Positions 10,165-19,430 of a stretch of 60,978 nt of DNA are shown one piece after another. The notes under the pieces are model-generated. The model made no database searches. It had not been told where the DNA came from and was given only the letters and a program-made list of their open reading frames with translations. The DNA lies in IMG/VR virus record IMGVR_UViG_3300037422_000333, positions 1 to 60,978 of that record. One strand, written 5' to 3'. This DNA comes from a virus (Duplodnaviria; Caudoviricetes). Within the stretch, counting starts at the first letter, position 1; each line of letters opens with the position of its first letter. The position numbers were made by a program, and so were the translations under genes.

Positions 10165-11307
10165 ATGCCACTCGCTGAAACTTCCTCGCTGCCGGAAGCC
10201 GGATCACTCGACGAATTCGAAGCCGACACGATCACTTCGTCTGTCGACACGCTCCTCCCCCCTGATCACGAGCTCGAGTCTGAGTTCGACATGGATTTCT
10301 CCGAAGTGGAATTCAACCAGGAAGTGGAATTCGACCAGACGGAACTCGACTCTGTGGTTGAACCAACAGGCAACATCAACGATTACGGTGTGGCCGCTGA
10401 GTCCGCCACGCCGCCGGCGGCTTCCGTGGATTCAGCGACAGAGAGTTCGGCGGCTCCGCCACCAATCGCAACGGTGACAGTCGGCACAACTCCGATTCCC
10501 GAAGCCTCTCTCGCCGAAAAAATTTCCGCGATCGAAGAGTCGATCGCGCGACTGTGTCTGGAAGAGCAGCAACTCAAGGCCCGCGCCAAGTCGTGTAAGG
10601 CGGAACGGGAGGAATTGACCACCGAGCTGGCGGGCTTGCTGGCTCAGCAGGGATCGCCCGCGAGTGCCGCGGTCACCGATCACGATCAGGCTGCAACAAC
10701 GACCGTGGCGACAACGGGCCTCGAGATTCCACCAGAAGCTCAGGCAGCCTTGAAGAAGTTCAACGACCAGGTGGGCGACCTCAGAGCGACGGTCGAATTC
10801 ACGTTCCGCGACGACTCGTCGATCGACGTCGGCGGCGCAAAATCACTCGATGCGCTCAAGCTGACCGAGAAACAATTGGAGTCGTTCGCCGAACTGGATC
10901 CGCCAGTCCGCACAGTCGGCGACCTGGAAAAGTTGATGAATCGTGGCGACTTCGTGCCCGGCAAGATGAAAGGTTTCGGTCCTACGAAGATCGACGCGAT
11001 CACCGACAAGTTGCTGGCGTTTCGTCAGAAGTTTCCTGTGCCGAGCGAACCGGCTGGCGAGGCCGTACCGTCACGGCCGCAATCCAGCCAACCCGAGCCC
11101 ACGAGCGAAGCAGGTGCCACCGCCGTAGTGGTTGCATCGTCGCCAGCCACGGAAGATTCCGCGGACAACTCGGAAGTCGACCGCGATGCGTACGCCGCCG
11201 GCTGCGAAGCCGCCATCACGAATCAACCTGTCTCGCTGAATCCTTACCAGCCGGGCACTCGATGGTGGCACTCCTGGGATCGCGGCTGGCAGGACACGAG
11301 CGAGTAA
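10165..11307 (+). CDS. acidic multidomain protein with RNAP alpha-CTD-like HhH domain and C-terminal RMF-like domain
   Basis: LDALKLTEKQ...VRTVGDL...KGFGPTKIDAI; C-terminal AYAAGCEAA...NPY...WWHSWDRGW; AAGGA SD. Confidence 0.65.
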   Translation: MPLAETSSLPEAGSLDEFEADTITSSVDTLLPPDHELESEFDMDFSEVEFNQEVEFDQTELDSVVEPTGNINDYGVAAESATPPAASVDSATESSAAPPPIATVTVGTTPIPEASLAEKISAIEESIARLCLEEQQLKARAKSCKAEREELTTELAGLLAQQGSPASAAVTDHDQAATTTVATTGLEIPPEAQAALKKFNDQVGDLRATVEFTFRDDSSIDVGGAKSLDALKLTEKQLESFAELDPPVRTVGDLEKLMNRGDFVPGKMKGFGPTKIDAITDKLLAFRQKFPVPSEPAGEAVPSRPQSSQPEPTSEAGATAVVVASSPATEDSADNSEVDRDAYAAGCEAAITNQPVSLNPYQPGTRWWHSWDRGWQDTSE

Positions 11308-11377
11308 AGACGATCAAACGATCGTATGTTTGGAACGCTCCCGCACAACGGCGGCGAGAAGAAAGAAAGGCAATCGA

Positions 11378-11725
11378 ATGAGCACAAAGACACAAGCAAC
11401 CAGTGACCCGCCGTCAGTTGATGCGGGTTGTTCACGCGGCTCGGCTCGGATTGATTTCATGTTCTTGTCGGGGCCGTTGGTGGTCACGTTTCGCGGGGAG
11501 GGGGCACAGTGCCGAATCCTCGACACGCCAGAAGATGTGATTCACTTTTTGATGTCCGAAGAGTACGGGGCCGGATTCGAGAACGATTGGACCGTCGAGG
11601 AATTGCTCGCGGAACTGCAAGACGTGGACAACTGGACGTTCGACGAAGGCAACGAGGCGTTTGAGTTTCGCATGGGCATCGGCGAGATCAGTGACCTCGC
11701 AGTGACGCGAGTTTCAGTGCCGTGA
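11378..11725 (+). CDS. hypothetical protein
   Basis: ATG 11378 after AAAGG; acidic ORF. Confidence 0.55.
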   Translation: MSTKTQATSDPPSVDAGCSRGSARIDFMFLSGPLVVTFRGEGAQCRILDTPEDVIHFLMSEEYGAGFENDWTVEELLAELQDVDNWTFDEGNEAFEFRMGIGEISDLAVTRVSVP

Positions 11726-11816
11726 ACTTGTTCTTCTACTGCGCCGGCGCAGGATTGCGGTCGCGACGGGTGGCGACGGCGCCCACACTTGAATCCAAGA
11801 ATCCAACCGCAAAGCG

Positions 11817-12653
11817 ATGATGGCACATCCCACAGACGCCACACTCGGATTGGTCCACGCGCTGCAAAGCGCGACCACCGACGATCTCGCTGCGGTGCGC
11901 GAACGGATCAGCCAGTTGCAAGCCGACCTCCACGCGCTGCATGAACTGGAAAAATTTCTCCACAAGCGGCTTCGGCAGCCGCCACAGAAGTCTCTCGATG
12001 AGCGTCACGCCATTGAACAGGCGGTCGCCGAAGAGCAGCGTAACGGATGGTCTCATCGCTCGCTCCCACCCGGCGCGGCGGACCTCGTTGCCGTGCTGGA
12101 ACGACTGGAAGGCTGGACGCCCCTCACCGACCTTGCGCGGCTGATCGGCCGCAGCGATTCCGCCGTCCGTGCGATCATCGGCCACAACCGCAAGGTGTTC
12201 ATCCTCAACAGCGCCAATCGCGTCCGGCTGCGGACCAAGGAGGCGATCAACGAGCAAGCCGATCTGGAAAGGTGGTTGCAGGACAAGGACGACGAGGACG
12301 ATCGCAACGAACAAGACAGCGATGGGCAGGCCAACAGCGGTGGCGAATCCAACCCGCCGACCGCAGCCAAGGCCGCCCTCGCCAAGACGCCGCCAGCTCC
12401 GGCACCAATCGCGGCCCCGGCAAAACAGCCATCGTCCGTGAAGCAGGCCGATCCCGATGCCGCGACCAAACGCGACCTCGCCCGCGTCTTGACTGTGCTC
12501 ACGCATCTCGGCAACTGCTCGCTCTCGGTAGCCGCCGACAACGTCATCATTTCCGAAGACGAGCTCAAACCGCTGCTCTACCAGCTTGAAGACAAGGGTT
12601 ACCTGACATTCAAGAACCGATTCATCACGCTCCGCCAGTTCGATCCGAAATGA
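11817..12653 (+). CDS. hypothetical DNA-binding protein (two possible winged-HTH segments)
   Basis: LTDLARLIGRSDSAVRAII and LKPLLYQLEDKGYL segments. Confidence 0.55.
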   Translation: MMAHPTDATLGLVHALQSATTDDLAAVRERISQLQADLHALHELEKFLHKRLRQPPQKSLDERHAIEQAVAEEQRNGWSHRSLPPGAADLVAVLERLEGWTPLTDLARLIGRSDSAVRAIIGHNRKVFILNSANRVRLRTKEAINEQADLERWLQDKDDEDDRNEQDSDGQANSGGESNPPTAAKAALAKTPPAPAPIAAPAKQPSSVKQADPDAATKRDLARVLTVLTHLGNCSLSVAADNVIISEDELKPLLYQLEDKGYLTFKNRFITLRQFDPK

Positions 12654-12859
12654 CCGCGCACAGCAAACAGCAGCGTCGCAAGTCCGCCAAATCACGGCAG
12701 CATTTCACGGGCCACGTCCGCGCCACGCGGCCGATCGTTTTGCTCCCTCTCGACAAAAAAGTGAAGATCACCGTCCGGTCCAAGGGGCGGTTTTCGATCA
12801 AACCCTTGGACCAGGTGCTCAACTCGGCTGGACAAACGCGCCCGCCGAGGACACACTAG
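12650..12859 (+). CDS. small basic (Arg/Lys-rich) protein
   Basis: ATGA overlap; KQQRRKSAKSR N-terminus. Confidence 0.55.
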   Translation: MTAHSKQQRRKSAKSRQHFTGHVRATRPIVLLPLDKKVKITVRSKGRFSIKPLDQVLNSAGQTRPPRTH

Positions 12860-12908
12860 CCCGCGTTCACGACCCGAACCCTGATAATCAGTCGGCGGGA
12901 TCACACAC

Positions 12909-12993
12909 ACCGCCCGGTCAGGCTTCGGCGATGGTCACTCGCTCACGAGAGCGCGTGACCGCCGCCGTCGCTTGGCCGGGCGGTATTTTTTTT
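12909..12993 (+). terminator. long-stem intrinsic terminator/attenuator
   Basis: ACCGCCCGGTCAGG...CTTGGCCGGGCGGT closes a ~76-nt imperfect hairpin (apex CTC-ACGA-GAG), followed by A and T8. Confidence 0.75.
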
Positions 12994-13070
12994 CGTTTGT
13001 GCACCTGTCAGCCGCGTGCGGATACACGAATTGCACGGAGTGTGGTCTGTCTAAGAACAAGCGAGGTGGA

Positions 13071-13328
13071 ATGATGGCGTTGACCGCCAGCGACCTGTTC
13101 AACGCCGTGGTGGTTCTCTCCGGCTTGTTGATCGGCTTCGTCGCGTGGATGACGCGCATGGCTTTCCTCATGGGTGAGATTCGGACGACTCTGACAAATG
13201 ACCTCAAGTCGCTGCGGGACGATCATGGCGAGATTCTGAGGCGCGTGGATCACCACAGCGACCTGATCGACGAACACGGCCGAGACATCGCGAACATCAA
13301 GGGAGTTCTCGGAGCGAGCCACAAATGA
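13071..13328 (+). CDS. single-TM plus coiled-coil protein (holin/hemolysin-like, putative)
   Basis: GAGGTGG SD; hydrophobic AVVVLSGLLIGFVAW then heptad-like tail. Confidence 0.65.
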   Translation: MMALTASDLFNAVVVLSGLLIGFVAWMTRMAFLMGEIRTTLTNDLKSLRDDHGEILRRVDHHSDLIDEHGRDIANIKGVLGASHK

Positions 13329-13546
13329 CGGCACTTGGATTCAGCATCGGTGTTGCCATCACGCTGCTCGTGATCGGCGTGGGAGTCACGATGCAATTCG
13401 CGTGCATCGTGTCCGACTGCAGACAGCAATCCCGCGAGTGCCGTAACCAACCGGAACGCGGGCACGCCGCGAGGACAGCAGAGGGAGAATCGGCGAGAAC
13501 CGGACTTGCCGCCCCGTTCGATTCGGGGGCCGTTCGACCGGCGTGA
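13325..13546 (+). CDS. small membrane protein
   Basis: ATGA overlap; N-terminal hydrophobic helix. Confidence 0.5.
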   Translation: MTALGFSIGVAITLLVIGVGVTMQFACIVSDCRQQSRECRNQPERGHAARTAEGESARTGLAAPFDSGAVRPA

Positions 13547-13560
13547 ACTGGAGAAGTGAC

Positions 13561-13755
13561 ATGCGAAAAACGAGACGGCGGAAATGGAAAGTGTGCGTGG
13601 GTCTGCGGTCGCTCGTGTTGCTGGCGACGTCTTACGGCAATGCGTGCCGGAAGGCATTTCGTGAATTGATTCGCCAGAGGCACCTGAAGTGCCAACTCCT
13701 AACGGATCACGAGACGGGCGGCTTTGTCGGAGTGAGTGCCGCCCCGTGCGAGTGA
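13561..13755 (+). CDS. small basic hypothetical protein
   Basis: GGAG SD then ATG at 13561. Confidence 0.45.
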   Translation: MRKTRRRKWKVCVGLRSLVLLATSYGNACRKAFRELIRQRHLKCQLLTDHETGGFVGVSAAPCE

Positions 13756-13978
13756 CACACGCTGGCAGGAGGTCCGTGATGTGGACGCCAAGCGCGAGGA
13801 CTTTCGGCGGATTCAATCGGGGTGGAAGGACGAACGCGAACATGCGACACACGGCGAATTCACGATCTGCCCGGTGTGCCGCGATCCAGACTCGAAATGT
13901 TTTGCGGGCGTCCAGTGCTGGACATGCTGGAGGCGGGAATTGAGACAGTTTTGGAATGGGCAGTTTCAGGATGACTGA
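13736..13978 (+). CDS. small Zn-finger-like protein
   Basis: CPVC...CWTC motifs; start uncertain. Confidence 0.5.
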   Translation: MPPRASDTRWQEVRDVDAKREDFRRIQSGWKDEREHATHGEFTICPVCRDPDSKCFAGVQCWTCWRRELRQFWNGQFQDD

Positions 13979-14099
13979 GCCGAATGGAAGTACGACCGAC
14001 TGGTCAAGCTGTTCCTGCGGCGATTGATCGAGTGGTGTCTGCGGGCCATCGGCTTTCCAATTCCCAAACCAAAACCAAACGACGAGAGCGAGGTGGAAC

Positions 14100-14303
14100 A
14101 TGGGACTGCCGCCGAATGATTCGCCGGTGTGGTCAATCGCCAAGATCGCCGTGCTCGGGCTCGTGCTGGCGTTGATGCTCCACGTCGGCTATCAGAACGG
14201 CTTCGACCTCAAGGCCGACCTGCCGACCATCACGGCGGTCCTGCTCAGTGCGGGCGGGATGGAAGCGGTCGCGAAACTGTTCGGAAGGGGCAGACAGCCA
14301 TGA
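14100..14303 (+). CDS. two-TM small protein (holin-like, putative)
   Basis: GAGGTGG SD; two hydrophobic segments and a basic C-terminus. Confidence 0.6.
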   Translation: MGLPPNDSPVWSIAKIAVLGLVLALMLHVGYQNGFDLKADLPTITAVLLSAGGMEAVAKLFGRGRQP

Positions 14304-15001
14304 AAATCATCGAACGCATCTGCAACCTGTCTCCGGCCGTACTGCTGCTCGGGATGCTGCTCGGCCACACGGCGAATCTGCCCGACGAAACGGGTCGGTA
14401 CGGATACCCCGAGGGGACCGTGCTCAAGCGTGGCCCGTATGCCGTCGCGTTCGATGGCGGGTCGCGTTGTCCCCGCTGGACGCTGGAGGTGCTGTCTCGC
14501 GAAGTCATCGCGGGCGACGCCAGCCGGGTCGGATTGCGATTCAAGTCCGATGCCGACATTCCCATCGAGTTCCGGCCCACGATCACCGACTACATGGAAC
14601 CGGTCTACGACATCGGCCACATGGTCGCGGCAAACGACTACGGCGAACGCGAGAACGTGGCGGCGACGTTCGTGTTCACGAATGCGTGCCCGCAGGTGCC
14701 CGAATTTAACCGTGGCGTGTGGCGGCGTCTGGAGGATCACGTGCGCGAACTGGCGAGCGAACCGGATCGCGACGCCTGGGTTGTGACGGCCCCCTACTGG
14801 ACAACGGGCACGGTGCAGGAAATCGGCCCAACCCGGGTGCGTGTGCCGCACGGATTCGGCAAGGCGGTGCTGTTGCATGACGAAAACGGGCTGATTCAGT
14901 TGCAGGCTTGGCTGATACCGCACCGGGGCAGCGAAGCGGGCCTCGACGTGTTCGCCGGCTTGACCGACGACACCGAGCGGCGATTGGAGGCGCGTCGATG
15001 A
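14300..15001 (+). CDS. DNA/RNA non-specific endonuclease (NucA/EndA His-Me family), probable signal peptide
   Basis: YDIGHMVAA, TFVFTNACPQVPEFNRGVW, VRVPHGFGK. Confidence 0.9.
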   Translation: MKIIERICNLSPAVLLLGMLLGHTANLPDETGRYGYPEGTVLKRGPYAVAFDGGSRCPRWTLEVLSREVIAGDASRVGLRFKSDADIPIEFRPTITDYMEPVYDIGHMVAANDYGERENVAATFVFTNACPQVPEFNRGVWRRLEDHVRELASEPDRDAWVVTAPYWTTGTVQEIGPTRVRVPHGFGKAVLLHDENGLIQLQAWLIPHRGSEAGLDVFAGLTDDTERRLEARR

Positions 15002-15183
15002 CGGCCCGACACATCATGCACCTGTCGATCGCGTTCGCCGCCGTCTGCATCGGATTGGCCGCGCTGGCGTGGGGTGCCGGTCACTGGTTGCACCTGCTGC
15101 GTGAAATCGGAGTCGTGCCCTACGACTGCCTGCCGCCATTTCCAATCTCGATTCCCTCACACGGGGCCTTGCCATGCGAATGA
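14998..15183 (+). CDS. small membrane protein
   Basis: GGAGG SD, ATGA overlap, hydrophobic helix. Confidence 0.5.
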   Translation: MTARHIMHLSIAFAAVCIGLAALAWGAGHWLHLLREIGVVPYDCLPPFPISIPSHGALPCE

Positions 15184-16343
15184 TGTGCTTGTGGCTCTTG
15201 ACCATCCTGTTCCCGGTCGTCTCGTTCGCGGCCGATGTGTCGCCGCCGGAAGTCTTGGCAAGCATGCGCGTCGGTGCGTGGGGCGGCTGCTCCGGGATCA
15301 CCGTGGCCGTCGATGACAAAGCGGGCTTCGCCCTCACGAACGCTCATTGCTGTCAGAAGGTCGGCGACAAGGTCGGTCTCTGCTTCGTCGATGGGCGAAT
15401 AGTCAACGGCATTTTCATCGCCGAAGATGAGACCGTAGACCTCGCGCTGATCTGGTTCCCGATCGAATACGTGCTGGCCGTGACGCCGCTGCACGAACGG
15501 CCACGGCAAGCCGGGGAGTGGATCGGAGTCGGGTATCCGGCATCGTCCGGCCCCAACGTCAAGCAACTGAAGTACACGCGGGTTGGCCAGAACGATCGCG
15601 GCATGTCCCGCTGGGTGTTCGCGGTCAAGTCCGGCTTGTTCTGGAGCGGCGACAGCGGCGGCGGCATCGTGCAGGATCATCGGCTCGCAGCCATCACCAG
15701 CGACGGACACAACGGCGGACCCGACGTCGGCTGGGCCTATGCCTGCCCGCAGCCCGAGATCGCGAAGTTCCTGGACACGCATCTGCCGGAACCGGCCAAG
15801 CAGCGGACGCGCGAGGTCTGCAAGGACGGCGGCGGCTACTGTCCGGTCACGCCGAATCCACAGCAGGACACGAAGACCTGGAAGCCATCCCCCAACGTCG
15901 AAATCAAGCTGCCGGAGCGGACGCACAAGCCCGGCGACGGCTGGCAGAACGATAGTACGCTCACCGACAGGAAGGCCACGGAATTGATCGCGGCCCTGAT
16001 CGGTCGCTGCGAGAAATTGGAACAACGGGTGGCGGCACTCGAAGGACCGAACGGCCTCCTCGGGCCGGGACGGGACGCTCTCCCGCCGCCACCCGTTTTG
16101 CAACCCACCGACAAAGAGATTTCTGCCGCCGTAACGAAATGGCTCGAAGCCAACCAGGCCAAGATTCAAGGCATCGACGGCCGCGATGGTAAAGATGGAA
16201 CGAACGGCAAAGCGGGCGAACCAGGCGTCGTCACGATCAATCTGCAATGGTCCGGCGGCGCACCGATCAAGCGCCTCCCCGATCTCAAAAGTGGCAGCGA
16301 AGTGGACGTGAAACTCAAAAAGGAAATCAGCGAACCCAAGTGA
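15174..16343 (+). CDS. exported trypsin-like serine protease with coiled-coil and short collagen-like segment
   Basis: Signal peptide (..VSFA-A); triad motifs TNAHC, DLAL, GDSGGG; GIDGRDGKDGTNGKAGEPG. Confidence 0.85.
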   Translation: MRMMCLWLLTILFPVVSFAADVSPPEVLASMRVGAWGGCSGITVAVDDKAGFALTNAHCCQKVGDKVGLCFVDGRIVNGIFIAEDETVDLALIWFPIEYVLAVTPLHERPRQAGEWIGVGYPASSGPNVKQLKYTRVGQNDRGMSRWVFAVKSGLFWSGDSGGGIVQDHRLAAITSDGHNGGPDVGWAYACPQPEIAKFLDTHLPEPAKQRTREVCKDGGGYCPVTPNPQQDTKTWKPSPNVEIKLPERTHKPGDGWQNDSTLTDRKATELIAALIGRCEKLEQRVAALEGPNGLLGPGRDALPPPPVLQPTDKEISAAVTKWLEANQAKIQGIDGRDGKDGTNGKAGEPGVVTINLQWSGGAPIKRLPDLKSGSEVDVKLKKEISEPK

Positions 16344-16412
16344 ATACCGCGTGTGCGGATTCCCATAGCCGCGCTTCGCGGCAGTCAACTTTTTTTCAGG
16401 AGCAAGTGATTT

Positions 16413-16697
16413 ATGGCTACAGTAGCGGAAGCTTCCGAAGGTGCGGTCGCCGCGGCATCGCAACCCACTCGTGCGTTTGGTCCGGTCGAGAGTGCCGATG
16501 AAACCCGGCAGGCTCAGCAGTCCGTTAGCAATGATGCGCCGACGGACGTGAACTTCAATGCCATCATCGCCCGGTCGCAAGCGCACACGGTCGATGTGCT
16601 CGGCAAGCAGCATTCCGACAACCAGGACATTCGCGCCAAGATCGCCGGTGCGGCGATGGGCGAAATGATTAGCGGTTTCAGTACCAAGAAGCCATGA
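16413..16697 (+). CDS. hypothetical protein
   Basis: AGGAG SD; 94 aa. Confidence 0.6.
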   Translation: MATVAEASEGAVAAASQPTRAFGPVESADETRQAQQSVSNDAPTDVNFNAIIARSQAHTVDVLGKQHSDNQDIRAKIAGAAMGEMISGFSTKKP

Positions 16698-16903
16698 GCC
16701 GCGTCACCGATTATCTGAACGACAAGAGCCGTCTCGCCAAACTCATCCAACAGGTTGAGAATGGCGAGCCGGTTGATGTTCCGCGCATGCAGACCTTGCA
16801 GGCGCTGGACGTTGCTCGCGTCGGTGAACTGTTCGTCGCCGACTACATTGAACGATCGGAGCAAGACAATGCGGACCTCAAACGGCAGCTCACAGGAGAT
16901 TGA
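16694..16903 (+). CDS. hypothetical protein
   Basis: ATGA overlap; 69 aa. Confidence 0.6.
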   Translation: MSRVTDYLNDKSRLAKLIQQVENGEPVDVPRMQTLQALDVARVGELFVADYIERSEQDNADLKRQLTGD

Positions 16904-17213
16904 CAAAAAGTTACTGTACGGGCAGTTCATCAAGGGCCTGGAGGATGACCGCAAACTTGGGTTGAAGGCGGCCTATAAGGCACTCGACATTCCAGAAGAC
17001 ATGGACATCAAGGTGAAGAAAACCGGCATCGGAGCCTTGGGGGCGATCGGAATTGCCCTGGCATCCGGCTTGGCTCCGGCCGGCTTGGGAATGGCGATGC
17101 TATGGAATCAGGCGAAGCCGATTGCCGAAAAGATCATTGAGAAGCCTGGCCAGATTCTGAAAGGTGACGCCAACGTGGAAGTCGAAGACGTGATCGTGCG
17201 GCCACCGAAGTAA
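16869..17213 (+). CDS. hypothetical membrane protein
   Basis: ATG 16869 after GGAG; GIGALGAIGIALASGL hydrophobic stretch. Confidence 0.55.
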   Translation: MRTSNGSSQEIDKKLLYGQFIKGLEDDRKLGLKAAYKALDIPEDMDIKVKKTGIGALGAIGIALASGLAPAGLGMAMLWNQAKPIAEKIIEKPGQILKGDANVEVEDVIVRPPK

Positions 17214-17312
17214 ACCAGGCCCGCAGGTCGGGGTCGCAGATGCCCGCGATGTGTGCCGCGCCTGAAAGCGTCTCCGGAAAACCGTGAATTGATCGAATAG
17301 GCTTTGATTTCA

Positions 17313-17588
17313 ATGTTCGACACGCCTTCCCTGATTCAGCTTCCGAACGGCACCTGGATCGACCCCGCAATGGTGTCGGTCGTGTCGGGCGGAGCAATAG
17401 AACACCCGATTCAGTCGGAAGCCGGACCAATCGCCGGGCGGACGGTGGTGTTGCTGGTCAACGGCCAGTCGCTGACCATGTTTTCGACCACGTCCGAGGT
17501 GGCGGAAAAACTCCGCGATCAAATCGCGAATGATGTGCTGGATGCGATTCATCCGTTTCGGGAGAAATCCCTGAGTGGAGACAACTGA
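17313..17588 (+). CDS. hypothetical protein
   Basis: LIQLPNGTWIDPAMV beta-rich small fold. Confidence 0.55.
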   Translation: MFDTPSLIQLPNGTWIDPAMVSVVSGGAIEHPIQSEAGPIAGRTVVLLVNGQSLTMFSTTSEVAEKLRDQIANDVLDAIHPFREKSLSGDN

Positions 17589-17591
17589 GAA

Positions 17592-18929
17592 ATGGGCTTC
17601 GCATTCTTCAACGCATCCGGATCATTCGTGGTCCCGTCGTTCGCGGCTGGTGACCGCTTTGCCTTCGAGGTGAAGGCCAATGGCGGATCAGGAGCCGGTT
17701 CGACCAGCGGGGCCACCGGCGGTGGTGGCGGCGGGGCCACCGTCGGGGGAGTGCAGGCGTGGGCGCCCGGCGAGACCGTCGATGTCACGCTGTTCGCCGG
17801 CGGAGCGACTTCCAAGAGCAAACTGACGCGCAACGCTGGCGCGACGGTGGTTTGCGAAGCCGACTACGGACGCACCCCGGCGACTGACAGCGCGACGGGA
17901 GCCGTGGGTGGGCTGGCCTCAAATTGCACCATCCCGGCTAACGGGTGGGCCTTCGACGGCGGCACCGGCGGCAACGCCGGCAGCAACGGTGGCGGTGGCG
18001 GCGAAGTCGGAAAGGCATTCCGAGCCGGGGCCAGTGCCAGCGGTCAAACCGGCGGCTCGACACCCACGGAACGCACGATCCGCTGTCCCTATGTGTCGGA
18101 TACCGGCGGCAAGGGCGGCGACGGCGGCTCGCCCGGAGTCCAAGGCGAGGCCGGACAGTTCCCCGGCGGCGGCGGCGGCGGGGCCAACAATCAAGCCGAT
18201 GGCAGCGGCGTTGGTGCTGACGCTGGCGCTTGGATTTGGTGGAGCGGAGTGGGAATCGACGATCAGGGCGGAGTGAACTGGACTGGTCCGGGCTGCGTGT
18301 CAATGCAGTCAAGCTATAGCTGGACCCATACCGTCGGGACCAGCAACCGGCGCTACCTGCTGGTGGGCGTCGCACTCGCCACCTTGGGGAGATCGGCAAC
18401 CAGCGTAACGGCCGATGGGACGAACATGACTTTCCTCGGGGCCGTCACTCAGGCGTCTGTGCGGTCGGAGTTTTGGGGGCTGGTTGCGCCGCCGACAGGT
18501 GCGATCACGATTCAGGTAAATCTGGACGGCACCTCAGACGCCGAAGGTACGGCGATGAGCTTCAGTGGCATCGACCAGACGACTTCCGTCGAAGGTTTCG
18601 CGTCCGCCGGTGGCACCAACGTCTTGGCGGCGGATGCCATGCTCAACGTGACGATTCGCACCACCCGATCCGTGGTGGTCGATTACTTGACCAGCACGGA
18701 CACGACGATCACTGCGGGCACGGGACAGACCTCGGTGACGACGAATAGCTGCGTGGCCGGCAACGGGATGAGCTACAAAGGCCCGGAACAGCCGGGCACG
18801 ACAAGCGTGTACTGGACTGACATCGGCGCAGGCGCATCGTGGGCGTACATCGCCGTCGCATTGCGGCCCGCTCTGGAGTGGGACACTCCGAATACACGGG
18901 CACTTCCCCGGCCAATCTTCCAACGATAG
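17592..18929 (+). CDS. glycine-rich virion fibre/receptor-binding-like protein
   Basis: GGGGGG and FPGGGGGG runs in the N-half; Thr/Ser-rich beta-sandwich-like C-half. Confidence 0.7.
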   Translation: MGFAFFNASGSFVVPSFAAGDRFAFEVKANGGSGAGSTSGATGGGGGGATVGGVQAWAPGETVDVTLFAGGATSKSKLTRNAGATVVCEADYGRTPATDSATGAVGGLASNCTIPANGWAFDGGTGGNAGSNGGGGGEVGKAFRAGASASGQTGGSTPTERTIRCPYVSDTGGKGGDGGSPGVQGEAGQFPGGGGGGANNQADGSGVGADAGAWIWWSGVGIDDQGGVNWTGPGCVSMQSSYSWTHTVGTSNRRYLLVGVALATLGRSATSVTADGTNMTFLGAVTQASVRSEFWGLVAPPTGAITIQVNLDGTSDAEGTAMSFSGIDQTTSVEGFASAGGTNVLAADAMLNVTIRTTRSVVVDYLTSTDTTITAGTGQTSVTTNSCVAGNGMSYKGPEQPGTTSVYWTDIGAGASWAYIAVALRPALEWDTPNTRALPRPIFQR

Positions 18930-18937
18930 GAGCCAAC

Positions 18938-19417
18938 ATGCGTGGCGTATACACGATTGCCTACCGGATCGCGTCCGTTACCACGGCCAAGACGCTGGCC
19001 TACATCACGGCGGCCAGCGGTAAGCCGGTCGAGATTCTGTCGGCCAGCGTGACCAACGAAAACAACGAGTCCAACGAGCAGTTGTTGTGTGCCATCCAGC
19101 GTGTCACCACGCCCGGCACGCCGACGGCCACCACGGTCACGCCGCGCAAACACGAGCAGGGTGATCAGGCAGCGGCGATGACCGTCAAGGCCAACGTCAC
19201 GGCGAACGAACCGACGTATGGCTCGATCGCTCAGGGTGCCGATCCGGTGGATGCCTTCGGGATGGAAGGTGCCCCATCGCTCAACGGCTGGGTGTTCAGC
19301 CCGATTCCCGAAGAGCGCGTGCTGATCGCTTCGGGCGACACCTATGGCTTGCGTCTAGTCAACAACATTGCCTCGGCCGATCTGGTTGTGCGGATCACGG
19401 TGCGCGAACTCGGATAG
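18938..19417 (+). CDS. putative virion structural protein
   Basis: AGGAG SD; beta-rich; located in the fibre block. Confidence 0.6.
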   Translation: MRGVYTIAYRIASVTTAKTLAYITAASGKPVEILSASVTNENNESNEQLLCAIQRVTTPGTPTATTVTPRKHEQGDQAAAMTVKANVTANEPTYGSIAQGADPVDAFGMEGAPSLNGWVFSPIPEERVLIASGDTYGLRLVNNIASADLVVRITVRELG

Positions 19418-19430
19418 GAACTGGATTGCG

